This document shows positions 23,128-35,137 of a stretch of 64,000 nt of DNA, one piece after another; the stretch's first letter is position 1; every line of letters starts with the position of its first letter. The position numbers and the translations under genes were made by a program. The notes beneath the pieces are model-generated. The model saw only the letters and a program-made list of their open reading frames with translations. It was not told where the DNA came from and made no database searches. This stretch comes from Eledone cirrhosa (lineage: Eukaryota), in contig OZ024755.1 in assembly GCA_964016885.1 (NCBI GenBank), forward strand, positions 40,982,001 through 41,046,000, in the 5' to 3' direction.

Positions 23128-23849
23128 AAGATCCACTTCTAAATTTCAGCACAATAGCAGACAGTAGCTCATCACCACTTTCACTGAACACGTTAATTGA
23201 CCAGCCCCAACAATGTCCTACATACAGATATGTCCCTGAAAACAATTACTTGAGTGGGCCATGGCGTCCAAATCCTCATTTGAAAGACTTCACCAGGTGG
23301 TTCTATTAAGTTAGATATGGCCTGGGCCAATACTGGCCTAAAACAACCAAATGCTGTCAATGACAGTGTCAGCAAAAATGCCTCAGAGCACAGTCCAGCC
23401 GAGAAACAATCCACAATGTACAAGACATCTTCACCCTCGTCAGCTCCCAAACCAGAAAAATGGTTTCGCACGATTTAATTGAGAGTACCAGCAAAAAGAC
23501 TTTTTGCGTTGCACAATCCAGCATTTTAAAACAGTACCCTTAATTGAATCATACTGTACCATACTGTAGCGTTCCTATCTTAATATGGTAAGTTATGTCT
23601 TCAAGTGGATTTAGCTTCTCTTTCTAACATATCAAATAACCACGTACATGTTCCCTCGCTGATTTATTACTATGCCTGTCGTAGCTGTTATGGTTTGTTT
23701 AGCCCCATGTCATCGCTGATCAAGCAGGCTTACGATGAAAGGTATTCCAGCCGTGACTATCGCGTGTTTTTTTCTATATGCAGGGAAACCACGGCTTCAT
23801 TATCCAATATATCTTTTTCTAAGTGGAAGGAGTGTGTTTTAAGTGAGAC

Positions 23850-24090
23850 TTTGGTCACTATTTGTAGATTTGCGGGCCACTGCCATCGTGCCCCTATGAG
23901 GCTGTGTCCCCATTGGTGCTTTGGAAACCACAAACAGTCACTAATATCAGGGGAGTAGGCTCTCCTATCCCGATGTCATATTCAGAGATTCTGGTATTGA
24001 AATCCAGGATTTGGCCAGAGCAATGAACCACAGAGCCACGTGGAGATCAATTGTTGAGTCGATTTGGGCTGAGGCCTCCAGATGATGATT
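23850..24090 (+). mobile_element. Degraded RTE-clade LINE 3' fragment
   Basis: RFAGHCHRA, a frameshifted VSPLVLWKP, and SYPDVIFRDSGIEIQDLARAMNHRATWRSIV followed by stops. Confidence 0.65.
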
Positions 24091-24619
24091 TGTAGCAGAT
24101 CACAGATCAACTATTTGTAGCAGAATGGCCTTGCTGTAGCTCCCTCTTTATCTCGTCACTTTGTCTGTAGATACTGATTAAACCCATAACTGGGGGTGGA
24201 CACGGTAAACTCTGTCTAATCATGACATCCCTCCCCTTGGCAATTACTGGTACTGTCACTGTTGCTATGTCTTGACATCCCCTCTCTTTGGTAATTACTG
24301 GTACTGTCACCGTTGTTATGCTGTGTCAGAGTAATCACAGGTACCACAACTAACCAATATAAAGCAATATCAACAACGGTGTACAGGCAATACATTAAAT
24401 TAATCATAAATCATGCATGTCCTTAACGGGTTCCCAGACTGTTCACAATAAATGGTAAACAACATAAAATGGAGAACTCCCTTTCACTGCAGGCTGCACA
24501 CAGTCCACCTGCACAGCGAAACAAATACATAAAATAAAATAAAAGTGTACCATGACATGCGCAGACAAAGCATGGACAAATAAGTTTGTTTTGTAGTCAA
24601 TATGTCTCGGGGAAGATCC

Positions 24620-24898
24620 CAGGGCCTAGAATCTTGGTCAAGAGTCATTTACCGTAGCCGCAGGGCGAACCCCGTTTTCTGAATGGAATTGTGTAGATAA
24701 AAAAACTGTTTGATGCCCGACGGATGGACTGAAGTTTTCATACAAAGGGACAGCTACTGTGTCACACTGAATCTCCCCGAGGTTTGCGTTAAGCGTACAC
24801 ATGCCAGTGGAATGCTCAACCACTTAAACGTTAATTTCATGAGCAAGCTGTTTCCTTGATCGAACAACTGTAACACTCATCGTCGAAACCGACGGAGG

Positions 24899-24900
<2 letters not shown>
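24620..24900 (+). mobile_element. Probable SINE 3' portion (octopus-like repeat) ending in (TATC)n
   Basis: TGTGTCACACTGAATCTCCCCGAG...CGTTAATTTCATGAGCAAGCTG...CGTCGAAACCGACGGAG resembles, from memory, an abundant Octopus interspersed repeat. Single copy in this window. Confidence 0.5.

Positions 24901-24974
<74 letters not shown>
24901..24974 (+). repeat. (TATC)n microsatellite
   Basis: Perfect tetranucleotide run. Confidence 0.97.
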
Positions 24975-26277
24975 GCGTCCGTCATCTACTACCGCCTGAC
25001 CGTAGTACCCTGCCCAAGGGAAACCCTCACCAAGATGGAGCGCGCGCTCTTCCAATTCCTTTGGAAGAGGCGGGCTCCTATGGTGAGGAGATCCATCTGC
25101 TGTCAACACCCTTCGAAAGGAGGGCTGGGGATGCCGTGGCTAATGATGCGTAAACACGCATTAAGGCTACGGCACCTCTACGTATTCCTCACCGGACAAC
25201 CGGTGTGGGCCTCGTTTGTGAGACGAACCTTTCCCAGACTCGTCTCACTCACCGAGCTGCAATCCTGGGTCAAGCAGAGACCGAGAAAACTGGGCGCCTG
25301 GCACACTGAGTGTGCCCAGGCGCTCACCGCCCCCTGGCAGGCGGATCCGGTTATCAGTGGAGACTCCACCGCAACATTCTATAGAGGGCTGGTACGCAGC
25401 AGGTGCGACGACGCCCTCGGAGAAGCCCTAGACATGGAGGAGGACGAACTGGCCAGCCTGTTCGGTAGGACATTCAGCCCGGGACCTATGGACAACTTCC
25501 AGAAGTCCCTGGCCTGGCAGTGCTACCGAGGGGCTTTACCCGTTCGAGAAAGGCTCTACAGACACGGGCGCCCGGGTAGGGACCCCGCCAAAAAGATCTG
25601 TCCCAGATGCGTGTGCGACGAGGAAACCGTTGCACACGCATTAGTACACTGCTCGGGCGTAGCCGATCTGTGGGGCTATGTCGAACAACTGCTGTCAAGG
25701 GTGGGACCGATCCGGTTGACCACCGAGTCTATTGTAATGATCAAGCCGCCTCCCCCCTTCAAAGATGAAGCAGAGGCGGTGTTTCTGTGCGTAATAGCCA
25801 TGGCGAAAGAGGTTGTATGGTGGACGCCCTGAAAGGACTGAGGTCGGGCACCTTTCTCTCTGGCCAACAACTGGTCCGTTTCTTCCGATATCATTTCGGA
25901 AGAAGGATCAGGATGGAGAGAGAGGTGCTGCACCCCAGCCGTTTCTATGAAAGATGGGTGAAAGTGGCGAGAATGGCCCGTGTGAATGGGCCTTCACTCT
26001 ACATCAGACTATAGGTGAGGAAGATGAAAGACCAAGGGAGCACCCCTTCTCTGTGCTCCTGAGGAGAAGGGTTGCACACTTTTTTCGGGGGTGTGTGCGA
26101 CCCCCCAAGGCGCCTCCTCTCTATTGAGGATTTTGTTAAAAATTTTATTTTTTGTTATATCTTATTTTATTTTTATATTTTGTTATTGCCTCCTCCTTAT
26201 TGAGGACGCCTTTTTGTGTAAACTCCCCCCTTTGTACTTGTCCCACTTTTGATGCCCTAGTGGCAAATAAAAGAAAT
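24975..26277 (+). mobile_element. 5'-truncated Tx1 LINE inserted in (TATC)n
   Basis: ORF 25035-25832 (KGGLGMP, CPRCVCDEETVAHALVHC) is homologous to 6500-7528. The tail GCCCTAGTGGCAAATAAAAGAAATA is followed by TATCTATCTAT. Confidence 0.9.
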
Positions 26278-26289
26278 ATATCTATCTAT

Positions 26290-26466
26290 GGACGTGGATT
26301 GGCAGTATCGGTAGAGGGTCGGACGCCATGCTTTGCGGCCCTTTTTGGTGTGAGTTCAAATCCCGCTGAGATTAACTTTGCCTTTCATCCTTACGGGGTC
26401 GATAAAATAAAGTACCAGTAATACACTGGAATAATTGCTGGTCTTGTGCGAAAAGTAGAAACAATT
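26290..26466 (+). mobile_element. tRNA-derived CORE-type SINE
   Basis: A-box-like TGGCAGTATCGG, B-box-like GAGTTCAAATCC and core TTTGCCTTTCATCCTTACGGGGTCGATAAAATAAAGTACCAG. Same family as the copies at 30681 and 40619. Confidence 0.85.
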
Positions 26467-26489
26467 AAATAAAGAAATCTATCTATCTA

Positions 26490-26930
26490 GGACGAGGTTA
26501 AAAGGACTGAGGGCAAACACCTTTCTCTCCGGACAACAACTCATCCCCTTCTTTAAATACCACTTCGGAAGGAAGGTGAGAGTGGAGAGAGAGGTGCAAC
26601 ACCCCAGTAAATTCGCTGAAAGGTGGGTGAATGTGGCGAAAATAGCCCGAATGAATGGGCCTTCTCTGATATAAACCTGTAGTTTGAGGAAGACAAACAG
26701 AGGGAAGACGGTAACACCTACAAAACGTGGTCCTGGTGTTGAGGGTTGTTCTATCCACGGAGGTATAAAACAACTCGCAGTAACGCTCCCTCCTATTGGA
26801 GATTTCGATTGTTATTTTATTTTATATGTAGTTTATTGTTATTCATTAATGTTAAAGATTTTTATGTAAAACCCCCGCCGTCACGTCTTGTAATGTCCCG
26901 TTTTTTTTACGCCCTTGTGGCAAGTAAAGA
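26490..26930 (+). mobile_element. Short 5'-truncated Tx1 3' end
   Basis: TRLKGLRANTFLSGQQL...RWVNVAK, with tail GCCCTTGTGGCAAGTAAAGA followed by TATCTATCTA. Preceded by TATC repeats. Confidence 0.8.
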
Positions 26931-26940
26931 TATCTATCTA

Positions 26941-26999
<59 letters not shown>

Positions 27000-27260
27000 G
27001 ACGAGCAATATAGCAGCATGCTACTATGTTCGTCTCTGGGTAAAAAAAATAGCACACACTTTTCCACTTTTTTTTTTTGGCTTGTTTCCTTAAAATTTAC
27101 CATCATTCCGTTGGTATACATCTATTACGCAATTTACACCCGATGATGTCACCAGCTTCTTACGCAACTTGGCCATTGAAATGTGTATAGTGTTTACAGT
27201 AATGAAAAATGAAGGAAATTCAACATATTTTGTTTCCTGTCATTTCACTTTGTTATATAT

Positions 27261-27327
<67 letters not shown>

Positions 27328-27370
27328 CAATAGTATTAATAAATGGAAAATGCCTTTATAAAACCATATT

Positions 27371-27430
27371 TATTTTATTATACGTATTTCAAGGGTACTA
27401 ATGTTTAGTACGCTTTCGTGAGATAAAATA
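27371..27430 (-). ncRNA. Type I hammerhead ribozyme, core-mutated (CUCACGA)
   Basis: Minus strand: TATTTTAT-CTCACGA-AAGCGTACTA-aacat-TAGTACCCTT-GAA-ATACGTAT-A-ATAAAATA. Confidence 0.65.
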
Positions 27431-27560
27431 CAATAATTGGTGTAAAGATACTGACATATTTTCATGTGAACTTCATGTTATAAGTTCATGTTATATCTTC
27501 AATGAACTTATAACATGAAGTTCACATGAAAATATGTCACTATATTTACACCAATTATTG

Positions 27561-27622
27561 TATTTTATCTGACGAAAGCGTACTAAAACAGTAGTACCCT
27601 TGAAATACGTATAATATAATAA
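27561..27622 (+). ncRNA. Type I hammerhead ribozyme
   Basis: TATTTTAT-CTGACGA-AAGCGTACTA-aaacag-TAGTACCCTT-GAAATACGTATA-TAATAATAA. The core is intact and stem I is weakened. Confidence 0.7.
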
Positions 27623-27787
27623 ATATGGTTTTATAAAGATATTTTCCATTTATTAATATAATTGATATTAATGATATTCCGGAAAATCCGTTGAGTGATT
27701 CCAATCAGTTCTAAATTATCTTTGTTGAATAATCAACAAACCAAATTCATTATGTGTGTGTGTGTGTGTGTGTGTGAGTGTGTGTGT

Positions 27788-27820
<33 letters not shown>

Positions 27821-27953
27821 CACATGATATGAGCATAATATTTTATTGTTTTTAATGATCTCTGATGTGTTAAAGATGTCTAATTTGAACACTTTAACTT
27901 TAGTGCTGTCTCCTTGAAGTTTGAGGAAATTGTACTGGTCTGTTGTAGGAGGG

Positions 27954-30134
27954 GTAGTGAGAGAATGTCGTGGTGGTAGTGAGAGAATGTCGTGGTGGTA
28001 GTGAGAGAATGTCATGGTAGTAGTGAGGGAATGTCAAGGTGGTAGTGAGGGAATGTCGTGGTGGTAGTGAGAGAATGTCGTGGTGGTAGTGAGAGAATGT
28101 CGTGGTGGTAGTGAGGGAATGTCAAGGTGGTAGTGAGGGAATGTCGTGGTGGTAGTGAGAGAATGTCGTGGTGGTAGTGAGAGAATGTCGTGGTGGTAGT
28201 GAGAGAATGTCATGGTAGTAGTGAGGGAATGTCAAGGTGGTAGTGAGGGAATGTCGTGGTGGTAGTGAGAGAATGTCGTGGTGGTAGTGAGAGAATGTCG
28301 TGGTGGTAGTGAGAGAATGTCGTGGTGGTAGTGAGAGAATGTCGTGGTGGTAGTGAGGGAATGTCAAGGTGGTAGTGAGGGAATGTCGTGGTGGTAGTGA
28401 GAGAATGTCGTGGTGGTAGTGAGAGAATGTCGTGGTGGTAGTGAGGGAATGTCAAGGTGGTAGTGAGGGAATGTCGTGGTGGTAGTGAGAGAATGTCGTG
28501 GTGGTAGTGAGAGAATGTCGTGGTGGTAGTGAGGGAATGTCAAGGTGGTAGTGAGGGAATGTCGTGGTGGTAGTGAGAGAATGTCGTGGTGGTAGTGAGA
28601 GAATGTCGTGGTGGTAGTGAGGGAATGTCAAGGTGGTAGTGAGGGAATGTCGTGGTGGTAGTGAGAGAATGTCGTGGTGGTAGTGAGAGAATGTCATGGT
28701 AGTAGTGAGAGAATGTCGTGGTGGTAGTGAGGGAATGTCAAGGTGGTAGTGAGGGAATGTCGTGGTGGTAGTGAGGGAATGTCGTGGTGGTAGTGAGGGA
28801 ATGTCGTGGTGGTAGTGAGGGAATGTCGTGGTGGTAGTGAGGGAATGTCGTGGTAGTAGTGAGGGAATGTCGTGGTGGTAGTGAGGGAATGTCGTGGTGG
28901 TAGTGAGGGAATGTCAAGGTGGTAGTGAGGGAATGTCAAGGTGGTAGTGAGGGAATGTCAAGGTGGTAGTGAGGGAATGTCGTGGTGGTAGTGAGGGAAT
29001 GTCGTGGTGGTAGTGAGGGAATGTCAAGGTGGTAGTGAGGGAATGTCGTGGTGGTAGTGAGGGAATGTCGTGGTGGTAGTGAGAGAATGTCATGGTAGTA
29101 GTGAGGGAATGTCGTGGTGGTAGTGAGGGAATGTCAAGGTGGTAGTGAGGGAATGTCGTGGTGGTAGTGAGAGAATGTCGTGGTGGTAGTGAGGGAATGT
29201 CGTGGTGGTAGTGAGGGAATGTCATGGTGGTAGTGAGGGAATGTCGTGGTGGTAGTGAGGGAATGTCGTGGTGGTAGTGAGGGAATGTCGTGGTGGTAGT
29301 GAGAGAATGTCGTGGTGGTAGTGAGGGAATGTCGTGGTGGTAGTGAGGGAATGTCGTGGTGGTAGTGAGGGAATGTCAAGGTGGTAGTGAGGGAATGTCG
29401 TGGTGGTAGTGAGAGAATGTCGTGGTGGTAGTGAGGGAATGTCGTGGTGGTAGTGAGGGAATGTCGTGGTGGTAGTGAGAGAATGTCGTGGTGGTAGTGA
29501 GGGAATGTCGTGGTGGTAGTGAGGGAATGTCGTGGTGGTAGTGAGGGAATGTCGTGGTGGTAGTGAGGGAATGTCGTGGTGGTAGTGAGGGAATGTCGTG
29601 GTGGTAGTGAGGGAATGTCGTGGTGGTAGTGAGAGAATGTCGTGGTGGTAGTGAGGGAATGTCGTGGTGGTAGTGAGGGAATGTCGTGGTGGTAGTGAGG
29701 GAATGTCGTGGTGGTAGTGAGAGAATGTCGTGGTGGTAGTGAGGGAATGTCGTGGTGGTAGTGAGAGAATGTCATGGTGGTAGTGAGAGAATGTCGTGGT
29801 GGTAGTGAGAGAATGTCGTGGTGGTAGTGAGGGAATGTCGTGGTGGTAGTGAGGGAATGTCGTGGTGGTAGTGAGGGAATGTCAAGGTGGTAGTGAGAGA
29901 ATGTCAAGGTGGTAGTGAGGGAATGTCGTGGTGGTAGTGAGGGAATGTCGTGGTGGTAGTGAGGGAATGTCTAGGTGGTAGTGAGGGAATGTCGTGGTGG
30001 TTGTGAGGGAATGTCATGGTGGTTGTGAGAGAATGTCGTGGTGGTAGTGAGAGAATGTCAAGGTGGTAGTGAGGGAATGTCGTGGTGGTAGTGAGGGAAT
30101 GTCTAGGTGGTAGTGAGGGAATGTCATGGTGGTA
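27954..30134 (+). repeat. Minisatellite, 22 bp unit GTCGTGGTGGTAGTGAGRGAAT (variants GTCAAGG, GTCATGG), about 100 copies
   Basis: Direct tandem repetition. Confidence 0.97.
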
Positions 30135-30680
30135 TCAACTGCGGAGGAAATGCACTATGTTAGTGTAGGTACAAAGTAAATCCAGTGCTACTCCATTTGG
30201 CAAATTGCAGATTTTGGATATGTGGTTATGTACATTGTCTCAGCATCAAATTGGCTTCTCTGATGAAAAAAAATAGATATTTTTAGGTATGTACACAATC
30301 AAACATTGATGATGTCCCTACAATGTCCGTGATCCCTAGTATGTAAATACACTCTTGACAGTAGCAATGTGTCCGAACGAGTCTAACTCCCACCAACATC
30401 GACCCCATCTCTCTCGCCCTCCTTATTTGTATACTGAGTGTTTTCTGTTGTTTCTTAAGGTTTATCCACCCGAGAGTTTTCTACTGTAATTAAGGTAACT
30501 ATTTTGTGTACAGGGCGTATTCCGTGATTGTTTTATTCAATACAAGTTCATTATAAGTAATTATAAGGTTCGGGTTAGGGTTCGGGTTATAAATTGTATA
30601 CATATTATGGGATAGGTCTCCATCTCAGGGATTAATTTTGTGATAATTTGTAGAGAAGCAGATAAATTTGAGTTTTTACC

Positions 30681-30808
30681 TCCCTTTACGGACTGAGTTC
30701 AAATCCCGCCGAGGTTAACTTTGCCTTTCAACCTTACGGGGTCGATAAAATAAAGTACCAGTAATACACTGGGATAATTGCTGGCCTTGTGCCTAAAGTA
30801 GAAACAAT
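30681..30808 (+). mobile_element. 5'-truncated CORE-type SINE
   Basis: GAGTTCAAATCCCGCCGAGGTTAACTTTGCCTTTCA...GCCTTGTGCCTAAAGTAGAAAC, followed by (GTA)/(GTT)/(GCT) repeats. Confidence 0.85.
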
Positions 30809-30853
30809 TATTAGTAGTAGTTACAGTAGTAGTAGTTGTTGTTGTTGTTGTTG

Positions 30854-30895
<42 letters not shown>

Positions 30896-30957
30896 TTGTT
30901 GTTCAAGAATTTCTTGAAATATATATTTGTTTCCGTTTCTCCCTGAGGTAGTTTCAT

Positions 30958-31460
30958 TTTAATAAGCACCAACTCTCTCTCTCTCTCTAATAAGCACCAA
31001 CTCTCTCTCTCTCTCTCTAATAAGCACCAACTCTCTCTCTCTCACTCTCTCTAATAAGCACCAACTCTCTCTCCCTCTCTTTAATAAACACCAACTCTCT
31101 CTCTCTCTTTCTCTCTCTCTTTTTTTCTCTTTCTCTCTCTCTTTAATAAACACCAACTCATTCTCTTTCTCTCTCTCTTTAATAAACACCAACTCATTCT
31201 CTCTCTCTCTCTCTCTTTAATAAGCACCAACTATCTCTCTCTCTCTTTCTCTCTCTCTTTAATAAGCACCAACTCTCTCTCTCTTTCTCTCTCTTATATG
31301 TATGTATACATACACATATATATGTTATCTATGCGTGTGCGTATACAAAGAAAGAGAGAGAGAGTTGGTGCTTATTAAAGAGAGAGAGAGGGAGGGAGAG
31401 TTGGTGCTTATTAAAGAGAGAGAGAGAGTTGGTGCTTATTAAAGAGAGGGAGAGAGAGAG
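30958..31460. repeat. Compound repeat of TAATAAGCACCAA+(CT)n units followed by inverted copies
   Basis: About nine direct units at 30958-31293 and three reverse-complement units (GAGAGTTGGTGCTTATTAAAG) at 31355-31445. Confidence 0.85.
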
Positions 31461-31929
31461 TGTAGCTGTGCTGTACATGTCTATCTAAATATGTTTCTAT
31501 TTACACGGGTATCTGTGTACATCTTTCATTGTTTCTATCTTTATATGTACGTCTGTGTGTGGGGGTGGGATGGGGGGGTCGTGTGTGTGAGGGGGGTGTC
31601 TGTGCGCGTGTGGGGGGTGTCTGTGGGGGTGGGATGGGGATTGTGTGGGGGGTGGGGGGTGTCTGTGTGCGTGTGGGAGTGTCTGTGTATGTGTGGGTGT
31701 CTGTGGGTGTCTGTGCGTGCGTGTGTGTGTGTGTGGGGGGTGTGTTTATGTGTGACTATGGGGGGGGGGGTCTTTGTGTGTATGTGTGTGTGTCTGTGTG
31801 TGTATGAGAGAGAGAGAGAGAGAGAGGGAGGGTAGGAGTGAGGGAGGTGGAGGGAGGGAAGGGGATAAAGTTGAACATTATTAATAAAGCAATTTGTTTT
31901 TACGTCACACTTTCCTATATCCTGTTGTT

Positions 31930-32392
31930 GCTACTGCAGCTGCTACCACCACCACCACCACTACTACCACCACTACCACCACCACCACCACTACTACCTC
32001 CTTCACCTCCAGCACTACCACCACCACTACCACTACTACCACTACCACCACCACTACCGCTACTACCTCTTTCACCTCTACAACTACCACCACTACCACC
32101 ACCACCACTACCACTACCACCACCACGACCACCACTACCACTACCACCACTACCACTACCACTACTACCACTACCACCAGCACTACCGCCACTACCACCA
32201 CCACCACTACCACCACCACCACCACCACCACCACCACCACTACCTCTTTCACCTCTACCACTACCACCACTACCACTACCACCACTACCGCCACCACCAC
32301 TACCACCACCACCACTACTACCATCACTACCACCACTACTACTTCCATCACCACTACCACTGCCACCACTAACACCATCACCACTACCACAC
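31930..32392 (+). repeat. (ACC/ACT)n trinucleotide tract
   Basis: Source of the poly-P, poly-T and poly-V ORFs. Confidence 0.95.
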
Positions 32393-32529
32393 TAAAGCTT
32401 TAGATGTAGACGGGAAGTTTTACGTCCTATTGTGTTGCGAATAGATTAAAATTAATATTTGATGGTCCTTGAAATTTTCCCTTTGAATCAGTGAACTTCA
32501 TTCAAGAGCCTGAAACAGAATCTTTCGTA

Positions 32530-34300
32530 AAACAATGTACAAGACAGCTATTGAAATAGTTGGTCCCTCAGTCAGGATACATAAGAACGATGAGGCCATG
32601 CAGAAGATTTATGATGAAAAATACCATCTCTGTAAAGCCCACTTGAGTGACCCTACTTCCATCTCGAACAGATGGGCCTTTGACGAAAATAAGTATGAAG
32701 TTCAGCCAGAGTTACGTAGGATGCAAAACTCTTGGTTAAATAAAAAGGCTGACGAGATCCAAACCTACGCTGACAAACACGACTCCAAGATCCTTTACAG
32801 GACATTCAATGCAATGTAGGGTCCAACTTCATCTACATCATCTCCTCGACTCAGCTCAGATGACAACACAACACACTTATCACTGATAAGAAACTCATTC
32901 TCGGTCGCTGGGCAGAACATTTCAACATTGTCCTAAGTCATTCCTCATCTATAAATGAAGAAGCCATAGTTAGACCCAATTGACTTGTATTTTGAAAACC
33001 TCCTAATTAAGGATGAGGTCACGCAAGTCTTGAATCATTTCACCGATGATAAAGCTCTTGGTAAGGATTCCATTTCTACCGAAATTCTTAGAGCGGACAG
33101 TATCAAGCTAAGAAAGAAACTAACAGAGTGTTTTCCAAACTATGTGGGATCAAGAAAAATCTCCCCAGAACTTCCACCTATTGTCCACTTATACAAAAGA
33201 AAAAGAAACATCCAAGTCTGTTTCAACCACAGTCTCTACTCTCCATCACATGAAAGGCGTTGGTCAGACTATTGCTCTATCGACTGGAGAAAGATCTGTC
33301 AGAGAGCTTGTGTGGCTCAGTAAAGTGCATATGATTTTTGAAGCCCGTCAACCCCTGGAACACAATATGGACCTACACACCGCTTTTATGGATCTGACAA
33401 AAGCTTTCGACAACATCTCTATGGAAGGTCTGTGGAAAATCTTGACCAAGTCCGAGACGACGAGGTTTTTTATACCATTTCTAGTTACCAACGGAGTAAA
33501 ACAGGGCTGTGTTATATAGCTGACGTTTTTCAGCATAGTATTCTCTACTATGCTTTCTGATGCTTAGAGAGACCCTAACATAGGTGTAGGTATCAAATAT
33601 AGATTTGATGGAGGCTGCATCTTCAATCTGAACAGACTCATGGGCAAGAGATACGCCAAGGACGATACTGCTCCAGACTTTTCTTTGCCAATGACTGTGC
33701 CCTCAGCGTCAGTTCAGAAAGTAACATGCAAACAAGATTGGGTTTATTTTCTCTAGCCTGTGACGGTTTTTGTCTCACTATAAGCACCAAGAAAACCAAA
33801 CAGATGCACCATCATATCTCTTACAAAGAACCCACCATCACCATAAAAGGATAAAACTTGGTAGCTGCTTACAAATTCGTCTACATAAGTCGCACTCTCT
33901 TCAAAGTAGAAATTATTGATGAAGAACTAGAGTATAGGAACTCCCTAGCCAGAGTGCGTTCGGCAGACTCAAGAGAAAAGCATGGAAGAAGAAAAGCATC
34001 AGCATCAATACTAAGTTAAAAATCTACAATGGCATCGTCCTTCCCTCTGGTAGTAGGACTTGGATAATTCACAGTATTAGAAATTATTGATACCATCCTC
34101 AAACGTTCTCAATTGAGGTGGCCAGGTCATGTGTGCCGCATGAACAAAAACCCTTTCTTCAAAGAAGCTCTTTTATTGCGAATTTCAAAATGGGGTTGTG
34201 AGAGAAGATCACGTAAGTGCTATAAGGACTTTGTAAAAGAAAGACCTTAAAAGTTACGAAACCCAGCGTGATGTGTGGGAACTTACAGCTCAGGACAGAT
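32530..34300 (+). mobile_element. Heavily degraded RTE-BovB-like LINE
   Basis: ELRRMQNSWLNKKADEIQTYADKHD, AFMDLTKAFD, NGVKQGCV, FAND(DC), ISTKKT and QLRWPGHVCRM motifs. Confidence 0.85.
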
Positions 34301-35137
34301 CCCTCGAGGTCTCTTATTTGTCACATGACCAACCGCCCACTATTCCAAGAGGTTATTGCCCTAAATTATTTATTCAAAATGATAATTGACTTAACCCACC
34401 ATCATCGCCCACGGAGATAAATCTCCATTATTTTCGTCGCTCTCCTTTTTATCTTCCGTGCATTAGATCATGATCATCTTTGGTGTGTATGTGTATATAT
34501 ATATATGTGTGTGTGTATGTATGTGTATGCGTGTGTAACCATACAACACGCACATGTGTTAATGGGGTTATTTACTGCTAGCGCCATATACTTAGTATAA
34601 AAGCCGACATTGGAGTTTCACTTGTTACACCAATCAGATCGCGTTGTTATGTTAATCTTTAAGAAAACAGAAAATATACTAACATACATTTCCTTTAATA
34701 TTTTATATGTGTAACCTTAAAAACAGACTTATGTTCTGCGAATGTCTATATTTTCTATAGTTTTCTTCTCACAAAATGCGTGTTTACGTAAGATGTTGTT
34801 TCAGGAAATGTTAAAAATAGATGAGAAAATCCCCCAAATATATATGAAAGAAACACGCCGCCGCCTTCTTCATACATGTACTTATATGTTCCTCAGTTTC
34901 CTTCAAATATATTTCCGTTCGTTTCTAATCTATGTTTAACATTGTCTTTAACCACATGTAACATAAACGCGCCTCCAGCTCTCCTCTGGCATTTGAAATT
35001 CATTTCTAAATTACAGCCTCTTCCTTACAAATCTGTTCCTGGGTAGGGAACAAAATCATCACCCCCCCCCCCCCCACACACACACACGTAATTATATATT
35101 TATATATGTCTGTATACGGGACAACCCGTGTAAACTC

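Larger units (their letters stand above)
27326..27666. repeat. Long inverted repeat (arms ~27326-27489 and ~27502-27666), Penelope pLTR-like
   Basis: The arms are reverse complements with a few mismatches, and the left arm abuts (TA)n. Confidence 0.9.

Noticed and set aside
24220-24325. Two-copy ~51 bp tandem duplication
   Set aside because: It is an ordinary local duplication with no further structure.
28122-29907. His/Thr/Pro-rich repetitive ORFs
   Set aside because: They are products of the 22 bp minisatellite, whose unit length is not a multiple of three.
27820-30290. Possible small minus-strand host exons flanking the 22 bp minisatellite (pyrimidine tract + AG near 27941 and 30261)
   Set aside because: There are no convincing donor sites and no recognisable protein motif.
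31838-32403. Formin-like poly-Pro or mucin-like poly-Thr ORFs
   Set aside because: This is a trinucleotide tract open in several frames, with no flanking domain or splice evidence.
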